Shown here: positions 48,487 to 60,640 of the stretch, piece by piece | Position numbering within the stretch: position 1 is the stretch's first letter | How the letters are laid out: the number at the start of each line of letters is the position of its first letter | NCBI GenBank assembly: GCA_016618085.1 | Contig: JABLTG010000127.1 | Location: 1 to 61,433 of the forward strand | Direction of reading: 5' to 3' | Length of the DNA stretch: 61,433 bases | Source: Neovahlkampfia damariscottae | Lineage: Eukaryota | Position numbers and translations under genes: made by a program | Notes under the pieces: generated by a model | Database searches by the model: none | Told to the model about the DNA's origin: nothing | The model's input: the letters and a program-made list of their open reading frames with translations, nothing else

Positions 48487-50073
48487 TTAAAATTTTATTG
48501 CGATCAATTTTTCAATTATTTCTTTCTTGTTCAAAAAGTTCAACACTTGAGGAACATCTTTCAATGTTTCTTCTGAACATAGGGTTACTTTGTTTTCAGA
48601 AATTTTGGAGTAAACATCTTTATTCCAATTTGGAACTATAAAAGTTTCTGTTACATCATGTTGATCGTCTGTATAATCGTAAATACAAACCCAATAATAG
48701 TCGAACATGAATTTTCTCACTTTTACATATTTGTATTTTGAAACTAACTCCTTTTCTCTGGATTCAACTGCGCCCCAAATACCACGATTTACATGAGATA
48801 ATTGAGGACATCCAATATGTACTATTTTACTATCATGATGGAATTGTGCAATGAAACCACCAAAATTTCCAGGGATCAAATGACCAGCATCTAATTCTAC
48901 TTGTTCAGAGACTAACTTGGAATTGCTGGTGATTTGATCAATGATTTTGTCAATTCCATAAATATTAACCTCCAAGGCTTTTGTTTCATCAGAATCAAAT
49001 TTTAACTCTTCTGATAAATAATACTCTTTTTTGTTGAAAAAAATTTTGATCTTTTTATTGACCAACATATACTTTGTTGTTGATGATGATTTGTTAGACA
49101 ATACAAATACACCTTTTAATGAGAAATTAATATTCTTTTTTTCATATTGTAAATAAAATTTATCATCACTATTGTCAGTAGAATCAAAAATAAAAATTGT
49201 TGGATTTTGTTGGTCAAGATCAAATGAATTATTTTTGAAAGTCAAAAATCCTTTTTTAGTGTTGATTATAATCTCATCATCATCTTTTAATTTCTTTTTT
49301 GCTTTTAATTTTTCAAGAATTTCAACATTAAAGTGATCCTTTAACAAAGATTGGAATTTTTTTTCTTTAATTTCATTAGCCAAAACCTTTGTTCCATGTT
49401 CATTTGGTCTTTTAAAAGTACAATAACCTGTATGTTTTAAATCATATTTCAACCCTTGAATACATGAAATTGGTGTCACAGTAGGAAACATGTCACAATT
49501 TCCATATCTCATTTCAACAGTTCCATGTAACATGAATTGTGAAAAATTATTTTCATCATAATCTTCTTGATTTCCGCGGAATACAGAAGGTGAATATTCA
49601 AATTTAAACTTTTTTCTTTCTTTAGTTGGCACTGAAGTCTTTGAAGTGCCTTTTACAGGAGTTCCTGAGTTTGAAGAGGAGTTTGAATGCTTTTTGACAA
49701 CTTTTTCAAGATAACATTTTTTAATGTATTTTTCATCAAATGGTAATTCATTTTTGTCTTCTTTTCTTTTATATCTCAAATCATTGTTCATGTAATATTT
49801 CACTGATGCTTCATCTTTATAAACTAAATTATAGAAATAATTTTTGGTTAATTTTGAAGAAGGAATTGATTCTAAAGATTCAAATAAAATAATTTCTTCC
49901 TCATTTTTTGAGTCTTGTAGACCAGTGAAGGAGTAACATTCTCTTAAAGATCGTAATTTGAACAGATCCAACAGTGAATCTAAAGTGATAATTTCAGTCA
50001 ATGGGACATCAATTTTTTCATTAAGGAGTGAAACAGTGATACAACTGTCATGTTTGAGTTTTTCTTCTGTCAT
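48487..50073 (-). CDS. Protein with C-terminal His-Me finger (non-specific endonuclease-like) domain
   Basis: LDAGHLIPGNFGG...CPQLSHVNRGIWGAVE matches the DxGH...PQ...N.G.W...E pattern. Confidence 0.7.
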   Translation of the reverse strand: MTEEKLKHDSCITVSLLNEKIDVPLTEIITLDSLLDLFKLRSLRECYSFTGLQDSKNEEEIILFESLESIPSSKLTKNYFYNLVYKDEASVKYYMNNDLRYKRKEDKNELPFDEKYIKKCYLEKVVKKHSNSSSNSGTPVKGTSKTSVPTKERKKFKFEYSPSVFRGNQEDYDENNFSQFMLHGTVEMRYGNCDMFPTVTPISCIQGLKYDLKHTGYCTFKRPNEHGTKVLANEIKEKKFQSLLKDHFNVEILEKLKAKKKLKDDDEIIINTKKGFLTFKNNSFDLDQQNPTIFIFDSTDNSDDKFYLQYEKKNINFSLKGVFVLSNKSSSTTKYMLVNKKIKIFFNKKEYYLSEELKFDSDETKALEVNIYGIDKIIDQITSNSKLVSEQVELDAGHLIPGNFGGFIAQFHHDSKIVHIGCPQLSHVNRGIWGAVESREKELVSKYKYVKVRKFMFDYYWVCIYDYTDDQHDVTETFIVPNWNKDVYSKISENKVTLCSEETLKDVPQVLNFLNKKEIIEKLIAIKF

Positions 50074-50125
50074 GTTGATAAAAAACGATTTGATTGGATG
50101 TGAGAAATAAACCAATTAACTTTTA

Positions 50126-52915
50126 TTACTTTAATTCATGAATAGTTTTCTTTTTTTTTTTCTTTTTTTTAATAATTATAGGATCAACATCTTCCAGTAT
50201 CATTTCATCCAATTTTTGCTCCGATTTTGAGTTCTCCAAAGGAGTGGATAACGAAGACAAAGTATTGTTTGATTCTGAGACATCCAATGGGCTTGATGCA
50301 AATGTAGCAGGTGTTCTTGGTGTCATTAAATGATCTTTTGATGCTCCAAATAACAAAAATGAAAATCTAATGTGCTCCATCAAATCAAATGTCAACAATA
50401 ATTGATCACGATATTCTTCATTCCTGATAAATGAACTTTCTTCATAAACTGATTTAGAATATTTAAAATCTTGAATTATTGATCTAAATATATTACAAGC
50501 TCTTCCTGAATGCATTAAATATCTGATAAATAATTCATTTCCTTCATTAAGACTTCTTTGTTCTTTTCCTGATTGAAAAATTTTTTCCAAACGAAATTCT
50601 GAGACTACTTTGGAATCATATTTTTTAGCAATATCAAATACAGAAGTTTTAGTTTTGAAAATTCCCACCTTTCTTGAATCAACCAATAAGGTTTTCAGAC
50701 ATTCAAAAATGGTATCAATAAATTCTGAATATGGATCAATATTTTGAATCACAACATTATCAGGATCTTTTTCTAATTCCATATATCTTAAAATTTGAAG
50801 CACAGCTTGATGAAAATCTTTACAAATATTTGGAATGACTTCTACTTCTTTTACTTTGATTTTATATTGATGTACTTCATTTGCTGAATCAACAACATCT
50901 TTTTTTGGTGCTTCACGTTGTTTATTTTCATATATATCTTCTTCTTCAATTTCTTCTTTTTCTTCAAGTTCCTTTTTTGGATGAATAGTTCTTGAAGATT
51001 TCCTTTTTGATTCTCCTGTTGGATTCACAAAAAGATCAAATTTCCCACCAGGACTGGTTGATAATGGTGTCTGAAGATCGAATTCATCTTTGACAACACT
51101 TTCCAAATCCATTAAATCCTGATGCAAATCATCCAAAACTGTCTTCTTTTTCAAATGATATTCATTCATGTCTTGATGTTTTTCTTCAACTTTTTCTTCA
51201 ACAAAAATCTTTGACTCATTTAATTCTTTCATTTTTTTAATTTCATTCATTCTTTCAATTTCCTTAACTTTCTTTTCTTTTTCCAACTTTTCTTTCTCTG
51301 ATTTCTCTGCTTGTTCTTTCTCCTCTTGTAATTGTTTTTCAATAAGCATTTCGGATTTTTCTTTCATATACTTTTCATACTCTATTTTTCTGTTCATTTC
51401 TTCATTCAAATTAATAATAGACATTGCTTCATCAAATTTATTTTTCGGCAAATCATTTTTGTTTGATTTCAAAAACGACTCTAAAGTTTTCAAATCATCT
51501 AATTCAATTAATGATTCTAAAGTACATAAAAGAATCTTATTCTCTTCCTTTTTCTTTTCAAATTTGATCAATAATTCTTCTGTATATTTTAAAATATTTC
51601 GTTCTTGAAAGTTTTTCGGGAACATGTACATTCCAATTTGCTCATAAGCTTCTTTTCTTAAATTTTTCAATTTTTCAAAATTGTCAAGATCAAAAGGTGA
51701 CTCAACAATTTCTCTCATATCATCTAAATATTTTTCTTTTTTTTGTAAACTGACTAAACATATTTCCGCTTTTTTTATTGAATTATCTAATAATTCACAA
51801 TACTTTGGTTCTAAATCCCTGACCAATAATAATGATTTGTTGATTTCTATCATATTTTGTTTGACCAATGATCTTTCAATTTTAGTTCTAGCAAAATTCG
51901 TTTTTTCAATCAACTCATGAGCATCATTTAAAACAGTAACAGGTATTAAATTTTCTCTTTCTTCTTTAAAATTTTCTTGATAAATTATTTCCTGAATACC
52001 ATCAACATTCTTTTCAGCAATCAATTGTTTAAAATCAATTTGAAATTTTCTCTTCTCCTCTATTGAATTGATATAAGAAATAGAATTCAATTCTTTCAAA
52101 ATTTTTATATTATATTGAGCTAATGGGTCATCCATTTCTTGAATCTTGATTTCAAAATCCATATTATCCTTTAGGTGGTTTTAATTGAATACATTTCTTA
52201 CATAATCAGAAAAAACGATAAATTGAGGTGACAAAAATGGTTCTTGTTTATAACTCAAAATGATATCATCTGTTCCAAAGGCTAATGACTTTAAAGAAAA
52301 TTTAAATTCTTGTCCTTCTTTTAGAGACGTATTTTTTATATAAAATTTATAAATTCCAATTTCCAGTTTTTGTTGGAACGAAGATGAATTTTTTGAAATT
52401 GAATTTTTGTTAAATATAGTTTCAAAATCATGATATAAATATATTTCATAATCTATATTCAAACCAAAATAAAAATGACCTTTTAAATCAACTTTTAAAT
52501 TTTTTGGAAATTTTCCTTTTTCAACTTGAAATGTCATGAACCAAGTATCTTTTGGAAATAATTCACTGGAACCAAAATTATCATCAATTAATGAATGAAC
52601 TCTAAATCGTTGTTGATTCATTAAATTTAAGTTATTTTTATTTTTCACTACAATTTTATAAGAACCAGGTTCAGGAATCTTGAAAATTTGAAAATAAAAA
52701 ATTAATGAACTACCTCTAAAATATATTGTTTGTGATCATTGGCATAAATTCGTCCGTTGATTTTTTTTATTTGGTGTGAAACTACAATTGTTTAGGGTTT
52801 GAGTTTTTTTTAGTTTACATATTTCACTGTATTCTATTTTATCAGTTTCTTCATTTACAATGAAATAATCACTTAGAAAATCGATGGTCTCTTTTTGTGT
52901 TTGTTTCTGATTCAT
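50126..52915 (-). CDS. Coiled-coil protein with possible C-terminal RUN-like domain, several introns
   Basis: Long coiled coil; LFIRYLMHSG...YEESSFIR...LMEHIRFSF resembles RUN; exon boundaries approximate. Confidence 0.55.
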
Positions 52916-53249
52916 TTTGAAACAGCCAATCAGGATATGTTAGAAGGTTCTGAAATAATTTTTATTTTCTCATTTAAAATTAAAATTCATATTCTTTAGC
53001 TAAAGCATTTTTAAAATTTATTTCATTTTTCTCAGAAACCATGGACAATAAAATTGGTTTTTGGAATCCAAAAACAAAGCGCCAAAGTGATGAACTTTTC
53101 GATCCCAAGGATGATATTTACAACCAAATTTAGTATCATAACCATTTTCTTACAACTATTGGACTCATTCAAGAAAGGATAGAACAGTTGTTCCTTCAAA
53201 AGTTTCAGTTGTGTTCACAATGAATGCTCCCATTGAATCATAATTTGAA

Positions 53250-53880
53250 GACAAATTATTAATAAATCTCTCATTAAAAGCTCTCAATGTTGTTGTTATT
53301 CTTTTTCAGACAATATCATTGATCATCTCATCTTTCAAAAGAGAGGATCTGCTACATAATAGATTTTTTAGAAATAAGTCAAAAAAATTCCTTTGATGTG
53401 TTGAAATACAGATCTGGTTATATAAAACGCCCAATTCTGATTAAAACTGTCAAAATATCAATACCAACATTAAGTTCAGTTCCATCAGGTAGTCAAAGTT
53501 TTCAGCTGAATTACTTTCTAATTCTTCACTCATAATTCATTGGAAAATAAAAAATTTCTTCTAATAAATCTTTTCTAATATGACTTAGTACTCATAATTC
53601 CTGAAGAACTATGTCTGAGCTACTATTATGAATATTTAAAGGATATATATCAATTATCGGTGTAGATTTTGAACTATATTCACCTATTTCAACAATCAAT
53701 CCATTTACTTTTCCAGTTGAAATAGAGTCCATATTCTGATGGTTAAATTTCATGAAAATTTTGGTGGGTTTTTAAATTCATCGTGAATTAACCACTCCAC
53801 TTTATTGTTTTCCAAACAAAAAGTATTTTCCATTTGGTTTTCCTACAATTGAAGGACTTGTGAATGGTTGATTCATCATT
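53250..53880 (-). pseudogene. Degraded actin-related pseudogene
   Basis: Fragments PSIVGKP, TGKVNGLIVEIGEYSSKSTPIIDIYPL, LPDGTELNVG, LKDEMINDIV occur in actin order, broken by stops and deletions. Confidence 0.7.
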
Positions 53881-53954
53881 TGATAAGTACTTTACCACTA
53901 AAACAACTCTTCTAAAAAGAAAAATGTGATTGGTGAAAAAAAAAACTTGTTAAT

Positions 53955-54646
53955 TTAAAATTCTGAAGCGGCTGGTGTATAATCACGTTCAACATAATTC
54001 CTAGCGAAATCATCATCATGACTTCCTATTGACATCATAACTCTACAACAATTTCCAAAAGTAACACATCCACACAAAGTAACACATGCGCAAATGGGGT
54101 AAACAATGGTCAAACAAGCAATAACAACAGAACTAATTCCAATACCTTTTATGTCATAATCTGGAGTGTAAAATAAAATACCACCAATTAGAAGCATTAG
54201 AGGAGCAACAATGTTAAATAAGCTTAACATTATAGCACAACCAGAAGCCAGAAAATCACAAACAAACTTTGACATAATACCAGAATCTTGAGAATCATTT
54301 TCAAAATTTTCACAAATTTGGAGACATTGAATACATTGCATGCAACAGGAACAACAAAGTTGAAATGAAAAACAAAATAAACCAATTGTTCCAATGATCA
54401 GATAAGCAACTCTGATTCCTGAATATAAATTAAAGTTGATTTACCTTCTATATACGCGCTTTTATCTCTTACTAAAAGAATTATTCCACACATTAATAAT
54501 GTAAATGGTGTTAAACATGCGATGCAACCACAGAGAGAATTCAAAGACATGTTGGTTTTTCCAGTTGATGTGCGTTTTTTTGTGTGATCTGTTGTATCAT
54601 AATAATCTAATTGAGTGTCATACCCTGTATCCTCAAGTAAAGGCAT
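53955..54646 (-). CDS. Cys-rich multi-pass membrane protein, 1 intron
   Basis: Two joined ORFs with repeated hydrophobic segments (PFTLLMCGIILL / PLMLLIGGILFY) and Cys clusters. Confidence 0.7.
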
Positions 54647-54796
54647 TTTGTTTTAAAAAAAAAAACTGATTGGACAATAAAATGAAAATTCTGGAATACA
54701 ATTTATTTTGTGATTTAGTTATTTAGATTTCAAATAAACAAGTAGAAAATAGTTGAAAAAATTGACCAATAGAAATTTCTTCTCTACCGTTGTGAC

Positions 54797-56635
54797 ATGG
54801 GCTTATCTGAGGAAAAGACAAAACAAAAAAAACAAAAGAAACCACCAAAATTCCTACCAAGACCTTGGTTTTGGTTCATTAAGGCTCCAATCTTTACTTG
54901 TTTTTACATCGTAGCTCCGTTGATAACATGGATTTTATTGACAAAGAATTTACTTGTTGTGACATCAACAAGCACAGGAGGTGAGAGTTTAGAGCATACA
55001 ATGGCATATATGGGCACACAACCTATTACAGATATTCTCATTTTCAACCTATCCACCGTCACTTGTCCAAAAGGATACAATGAGCTTACATCAACTCCTG
55101 TTGGTGGATTATTCAATGAAGGAAATGTTTATTACGCTACATTTTACTTTATGGGTACTCATGCTGGTTGTAGTTGTTCGGATAGAAAAGCTCGTTTGGT
55201 AAGAGGTTGTAGTACAGCAGAATTGAAAGCAGGATGCAAAAGATATGAATCACAAGGTGAACAACATTTGAAATATTGGAAATCAAATCTCATTTGCATT
55301 AAACAAGAAGGTCCTTCAAAAATTCAAAGACCAAAAATGGTTAATGGTGCTTGTCCATCTGACTTCAAAGTTTGTGGAAATATTTGTCAGCTTTCAACTG
55401 CTTCTTGTCCATTAACATCAATAAGCTTAGTAAATCAAAACACTGGAATACTATTTGATGCTGATAATAACTTATATTTAAAGAAAGAAATTGGAGGAGA
55501 ATTTCCAATTGTTCATATTGACATTTCAAGAGGTAGATTTCAAACAACTGCAAAAACTATATGCTCTAATGGAAAACCAATTCGGATAGATAACTGTGAA
55601 AACTTCTTTCGAATATTACCAAATCCTCCTCCTGAAGATTTATACCCAGATGCCAGATTCAAGTTGTTTGATAAAATTAATGAAACTAGATTATTTAAAG
55701 ATAACAAAATCAATCTTGATCTTGCATTTGATGATATTCCATGGCAAATGTCGTATATCAATGAAATAGTGTGGGATAATACAACTATTTCTCAAAAAGA
55801 TTTTGTTGCTAGTGGACAGTTTATTCCTTCGTTTATCACATTTTTTATTGCTTTATTTTTCATTGATTGTGTTACTTGCATTTTGACAACTATACTAAAT
55901 CCTTGTTTGATGTTTTCTTTTGGTAGACAATGTGAACTCTGGTGTGTTCATAAATTATCATTTCAATGTTTAATTAGGTTAAGAATTTTGGAAATTGTTA
56001 TCGGATTTTCAAATCAGTTTTGGAATATTATTGAATTAGTATTAGTTATTTTAATTGTTACCACGGCTTCAAAAATTCAAGGGTTTTTGGTCAAAATTTT
56101 ATCAATCAACACTGATGCAACTACAAAGCAAATAATTAATGCAGTGGCTGTCCCTGCTATAGATCAAGTTAGTTTCATTGGATATTTCAGTCTTGTGTTT
56201 TCCATCATCATGATTATTTGGTTATTTTTCAGTATTTCAATTTCAATGTTAGAAATTGTTTCATATTGCATTAGAAGAAGAAATTTGAAACAAAAAGAAG
56301 AAATTTCAAAGAGCGACGATATTGAAATGGAAGAAATGGATAAAATTAACGTACAAGTGAAATCTCAATCATTTTCTTCTTCAAATCAAAATATTATGAC
56401 AACTGTTTCAAATACTAGCCAAACTCAAATGTTGAACACACAAAATCAACCTCCAGTTCTTTTGACCTCAAATACAAATGTGCAACCTATTTACAGACCA
56501 ATTCATCAGCAAACATTCTCAAATCATAATATAGTTGCTACAAACAATCAACAACCTCAGGTTCGTTTTGTTTCAAATCAAAATATGAACTCATCACCAA
56601 TACCTCATCAACATCCTTCTACACCAAAATTTTAG
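54797..56635 (+). CDS. Membrane protein with Cys-rich extracellular loop and Gln/Asn-rich tail
   Basis: 612-aa ORF, N-terminal TM, Cys-rich region, about 3 further TM segments. Confidence 0.75.
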   Translation: MGLSEEKTKQKKQKKPPKFLPRPWFWFIKAPIFTCFYIVAPLITWILLTKNLLVVTSTSTGGESLEHTMAYMGTQPITDILIFNLSTVTCPKGYNELTSTPVGGLFNEGNVYYATFYFMGTHAGCSCSDRKARLVRGCSTAELKAGCKRYESQGEQHLKYWKSNLICIKQEGPSKIQRPKMVNGACPSDFKVCGNICQLSTASCPLTSISLVNQNTGILFDADNNLYLKKEIGGEFPIVHIDISRGRFQTTAKTICSNGKPIRIDNCENFFRILPNPPPEDLYPDARFKLFDKINETRLFKDNKINLDLAFDDIPWQMSYINEIVWDNTTISQKDFVASGQFIPSFITFFIALFFIDCVTCILTTILNPCLMFSFGRQCELWCVHKLSFQCLIRLRILEIVIGFSNQFWNIIELVLVILIVTTASKIQGFLVKILSINTDATTKQIINAVAVPAIDQVSFIGYFSLVFSIIMIIWLFFSISISMLEIVSYCIRRRNLKQKEEISKSDDIEMEEMDKINVQVKSQSFSSSNQNIMTTVSNTSQTQMLNTQNQPPVLLTSNTNVQPIYRPIHQQTFSNHNIVATNNQQPQVRFVSNQNMNSSPIPHQHPSTPKF

Positions 56636-56797
56636 ACATCGGAGTTTTGACAGGAGTTTTTGAATTAGTGACTAATTCGCATACCAAGAAAATTAGAAGC
56701 TTTGATTGCCCAATGGGAAAAATTCGGAATTTTTAACGAATCATAAATAAGGAGATTCGGAGTTGCTTTCCAACGAACGAAAAAAAGTTTTCACACA

Positions 56798-57754
56798 ATG
56801 TCAAAAAGCGAAGAAATTATTAACGTAGCTATTATAGGAGGAGGTGCAGCTGGTTTAACAGCTGGAATCTACGCAAGCAGAGCTGAATTAAATCCAGTGA
56901 TATTTGCAAGCAATTTAGACGAAAAAGGAGGTCTTTTAACAAAGACATCAGTTGTTGAAAACTATCCTGGATTTGAAGAAGGTGTTATGGGTATTGATTT
57001 AATCATGAATATGGAAAAACAAGCTATTTCAACAGGAACAAAAGTTCTCAATAAAACCATTGTAGATTTCGACTTTAAACAAAAACCATTCACTTTAGTA
57101 GATAATGATGGAACTAAATATAAAGCTCATACTGTTATTATTGCAACTGGATCTAGCCCAAATAAATTAGGTTTGAAAGACGAAGACAAATATTGGTCAA
57201 ATGGAATATCATCATGTGCTGTTTGTGATGGTGCTTTATTTAAAAAGAAAAAGATTGTTGTTGTTGGTGGAGGTGATTCAGCAATGGAAGAAGCTTTGTT
57301 CTTAACAAAATTTAGTGAAGTAACTTTAATTCACAGAAGAGAAGAATTTAGAGCTTCAAAAGTGATGACATCACGTGTTTTAAAACATCCAAAAATTAAA
57401 GTGATCAAAAATTCAGTTGTTGAAAAATTTGAAGGTGAAAAAAAATTAAAATCAATTGTTGTTAAAAATGTTAAAGACAATACAACTTCAACTCTCGAAG
57501 TAGATGGCTTATTTTATGGTTTAGGACTTAAACCAAATACTGCTCTGTTTAGAGATGCTTTGGAAACAGACGAAAGTGGATACATTGAAAAGAAAGGAAA
57601 AGAGTTTGAAACAATGACATCAGTTGAAGGTGTTTTTGTAGCTGGAGATGCTCACGATAAAGTATATCGTCAAGCTATTGTTGCTAGTGGAGATGGATGT
57701 AAAGCTGCAATGGACGCGAATAATTACATCAACGACCATTTGATGTTAGATTAA
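56798..57754 (+). CDS. trxB: Low-molecular-weight thioredoxin reductase
   Basis: IIGGGAAG, VENYPGF, CAVCDG, GGGDSAMEEA, GVFVAGD, YRQAI. Confidence 0.96.
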   Translation: MSKSEEIINVAIIGGGAAGLTAGIYASRAELNPVIFASNLDEKGGLLTKTSVVENYPGFEEGVMGIDLIMNMEKQAISTGTKVLNKTIVDFDFKQKPFTLVDNDGTKYKAHTVIIATGSSPNKLGLKDEDKYWSNGISSCAVCDGALFKKKKIVVVGGGDSAMEEALFLTKFSEVTLIHRREEFRASKVMTSRVLKHPKIKVIKNSVVEKFEGEKKLKSIVVKNVKDNTTSTLEVDGLFYGLGLKPNTALFRDALETDESGYIEKKGKEFETMTSVEGVFVAGDAHDKVYRQAIVASGDGCKAAMDANNYINDHLMLD

Positions 57755-57822
57755 AACATAAAACTTTCTTTTAAAAAACTACTTAAAACCTATTGAACAG
57801 TTTACAAATTATAAAACAGTCT

Positions 57823-58651
57823 TTATTCAAAATCATCTTCTTCCATTGAATAAAGAATCTTTTTTACTTCTTCAACGAATCCATTATTTTTCTCTTGTGA
57901 TTCGCAAAGTATTTCAATATCACGAAGCTTTGAAAAATAAAAATCTCTTTCTTTTTCTAAATTTTCATTGATCACTTTTAATTCTAAAATTTTTTGTTGA
58001 GTTTGTTGGAATTGTGAATTTTCAAATTTAATATTTTCTTTTCCAAATGAACTTCTTGAAGATGAACTTGATGTTGATCCTGAACTTGATTTCTTTTTTA
58101 CAACAACTTTTTTTTTTTGCTTTTTTTTGATGTTAAATTTTTTTTTTTTTTTTTTACTGCTGATTCTAAGACACCTGATTCTCTTCTTCTTTCAACTGCA
58201 TCATATTTTGAACTGTTTCTTTTCAGAGAATTTTGTTTTAATTTTTTTTTTTTCTCTTACGAAGTTTGTTCATAAAATCTTTTCATCCATTGAAGAAATT
58301 CAAGATTATCTTGGTATTTTCCTTTGATGAGTTTGTTTACTTCAATTGTTTTTTTCACACCAAGTTGATTAAATGCATTTTGAAGGATTTTGAAATTGGA
58401 CATGTATTCATAATCAAATCTTGCATTGAAATTTACCTTTTTAAATAAGTTTAGTTTTCTTTTTTAGTGTGTACTCTATGAAGTGGTATTTTTCCTGGAT
58501 AAAGAGCATCCATCATTTGACAAAAAAGAGCTCCAGTGCAGACTTGTTCTATTTTTTCATAACCCAAGTCAAAGTTTTCGTTTATCCATTTTAATAATTC
58601 TGTTCTTGAGACGAAATAACTTGTATCAACCTTTCCTAATGTTTTGTTCAT
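57823..58651 (-). CDS. EB1: EB1 microtubule end-binding protein, with introns
   Basis: SRTELLKWIN, CTGALFCQMMD, KGKYQDNLEFLQWMK, EKERDFYFSKLRDIEILC. Confidence 0.95.
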
Positions 58652-59130
58652 TCTTTGACTAATTGACCAATGAAATAACACCTTTTTAAGTTTGGGCGCC
58701 AATGTTCAACCGAAAATCAATGGCCTATTTATTCATATTACAATCAAAATTTTATTAAAAAAAACCAGAAAATCTACCAACCAAAATAACTCCTGATTGG
58801 CAATTACCAAATTAGTCAAATTTTTTTATTCAACTTTAAAAAATGAAAGAAAAAAGATCTTTTTGCAATATTTGTCATGGAAATGGAAAACGTCAAATTT
58901 TCAACTTTTTTTGCTACCAAGAAGAAATAAAGTGTTATGCTTCAATTTATTGCAGGACTTCTTTCTGTCAAACCTCTTTAGTGAGATACAACAACCAAGC
59001 AGCAGTATCATGAAGAACTAAGGAAAAACGAAAAAATTTACATTTTGGTAAAACAATAGCCTGTCCAATCAAGGAGGTTTCAAGGTTTGAAAATCTCCAA
59101 TCAAAAACCAATTCATTTCTAGAAAGAAAA

Positions 59131-59742
59131 ATGGAAAAACACTGGAATGACATATATGCTCAAAGAAAGAATATAGTCAGTTGGTATGAGGACAAACCAA
59201 CTGAATCATTAAAAGAAATAGGTTCTATCACAGAAGAAAATAAAAAATTCTCAATCATCGATATTGGATGTGGAATGTCAAAATTAGTTGATAATTTACT
59301 GGAAATATATAAAAAATCAAATGTAACTTTGTTGGATATTTCCGAAAATTCATTAGAAATCACCAAGAAACGATTGACAAATGAACAAAGAACCAATTTC
59401 ATTTGTTCACCTATAAATCAACACAAATTTAAAGAAGAACAATTTGATATTTGGCATGATAGAGCTGTTTTTCATTTCTTAAATGAACAAAAGGAACAAG
59501 ATCAGTATGTTGAAAATTGTTACCAATCATTGAAGAAACATGGACACGCCATCATCATGACTTTTTCAGATCCTGATGGTCCTGATAAATGCTCTGGTAT
59601 TAAAATTAAAAAGTATTCAATTGAATCTTTAAATAAAAAATTTGGAGAAAGATTCAAAGTTGTAAACTCGAGAAAATTTGTTCATGTGACACCTGCTGAA
59701 AAAGAACAGAGTTTTATTTGCTGTACTTTTGAAAAACAATAA
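59131..59742 (+). CDS. Class I SAM-dependent methyltransferase
   Basis: IIDIGCGMS motif I, LLDIS, FDIWHDRAVFHFL, GPDKCSG. Confidence 0.9.
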   Translation: MEKHWNDIYAQRKNIVSWYEDKPTESLKEIGSITEENKKFSIIDIGCGMSKLVDNLLEIYKKSNVTLLDISENSLEITKKRLTNEQRTNFICSPINQHKFKEEQFDIWHDRAVFHFLNEQKEQDQYVENCYQSLKKHGHAIIMTFSDPDGPDKCSGIKIKKYSIESLNKKFGERFKVVNSRKFVHVTPAEKEQSFICCTFEKQ

Positions 59743-59806
59743 AATTTATTCTTTTGCTCCTTCCACAAGTTTTTCATTTTTCAAATTGAGAATTTTTGTT
59801 TGTTTT

Positions 59807-60598
59807 TCATTTGAAAATTTCACATTTTGAAATTACTACATCTTTTACAGGTCTATCATTCTTTGTTTCAGTTTGTTCAATTTTCTTCAAAACATCAACA
59901 CCATCTATTGGTTTAATTTTAACAAAAAAAAAAATTACAAAGAATTTTTCCAAAAACAACATGTTTTCCATCAAGCCATGGTGTAGGTACTGTTGTAATA
60001 AAAAACTGAGCTCCATTAGCTATAAATAAAAAAAAATAAAAAATCAAGTTTAAAAAAAATACTGTTTGGACCTGAATTAGCCATTGATAAGCAACCTGTA
60101 AAATGTTTCAATTTGAAATTTTCTAAAATCAACTTCAAAAAACAAATTTCTTTTCTTACCATCATCAAAACGTTTTCCATAAATACTTGAACCACCTCTA
60201 CCGTCTCCTCTTTCATAATCACCTCCTTGAACCATAAATCGTTTTATAACTCGATGAAAAACTGATCCTTTATAACCAAATCCTTTTTTTTTTGATGTAC
60301 AAAGTTGTTTGAAATTCTCAGAAGTTTTTGGTGTGATTTTGTTGTACAGGCCAAAAACCATTTGTCCAATTTCTTTACCACCAATTGTAATAGTCATTGA
60401 TACTCTATCTTTCATTCCTGGATCCTGAAAAAAAATTAATTTCTTTTATTAATTTTTTACTTTGTGTGGATCATGTTCTTGTCTGGCAGACATTTTATGA
60501 AATTCACTTTTCTGAAAGGTAAAGTATCTATATAAGAAAAACAATATAACACCACTTAGTATTATCAAAAAAATCAGTTTTCTGCTTTGTTCACTCAT
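59807..60598 (-). CDS. Cyclophilin-type PPIase with N-terminal TM/signal anchor, several introns
   Basis: [49 protein letters not shown] after splicing. Confidence 0.93.
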
Positions 60599-60640
60599 CA
60601 AAAACTCGTTAAACTTCAGACCAATGAAATCTGACCAATA

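Noticed and set aside
56798..57754. Selenoprotein thioredoxin reductase
   Set aside because: Low-molecular-weight CAVC type ending in TAA, with no Sec-containing C-terminal motif.
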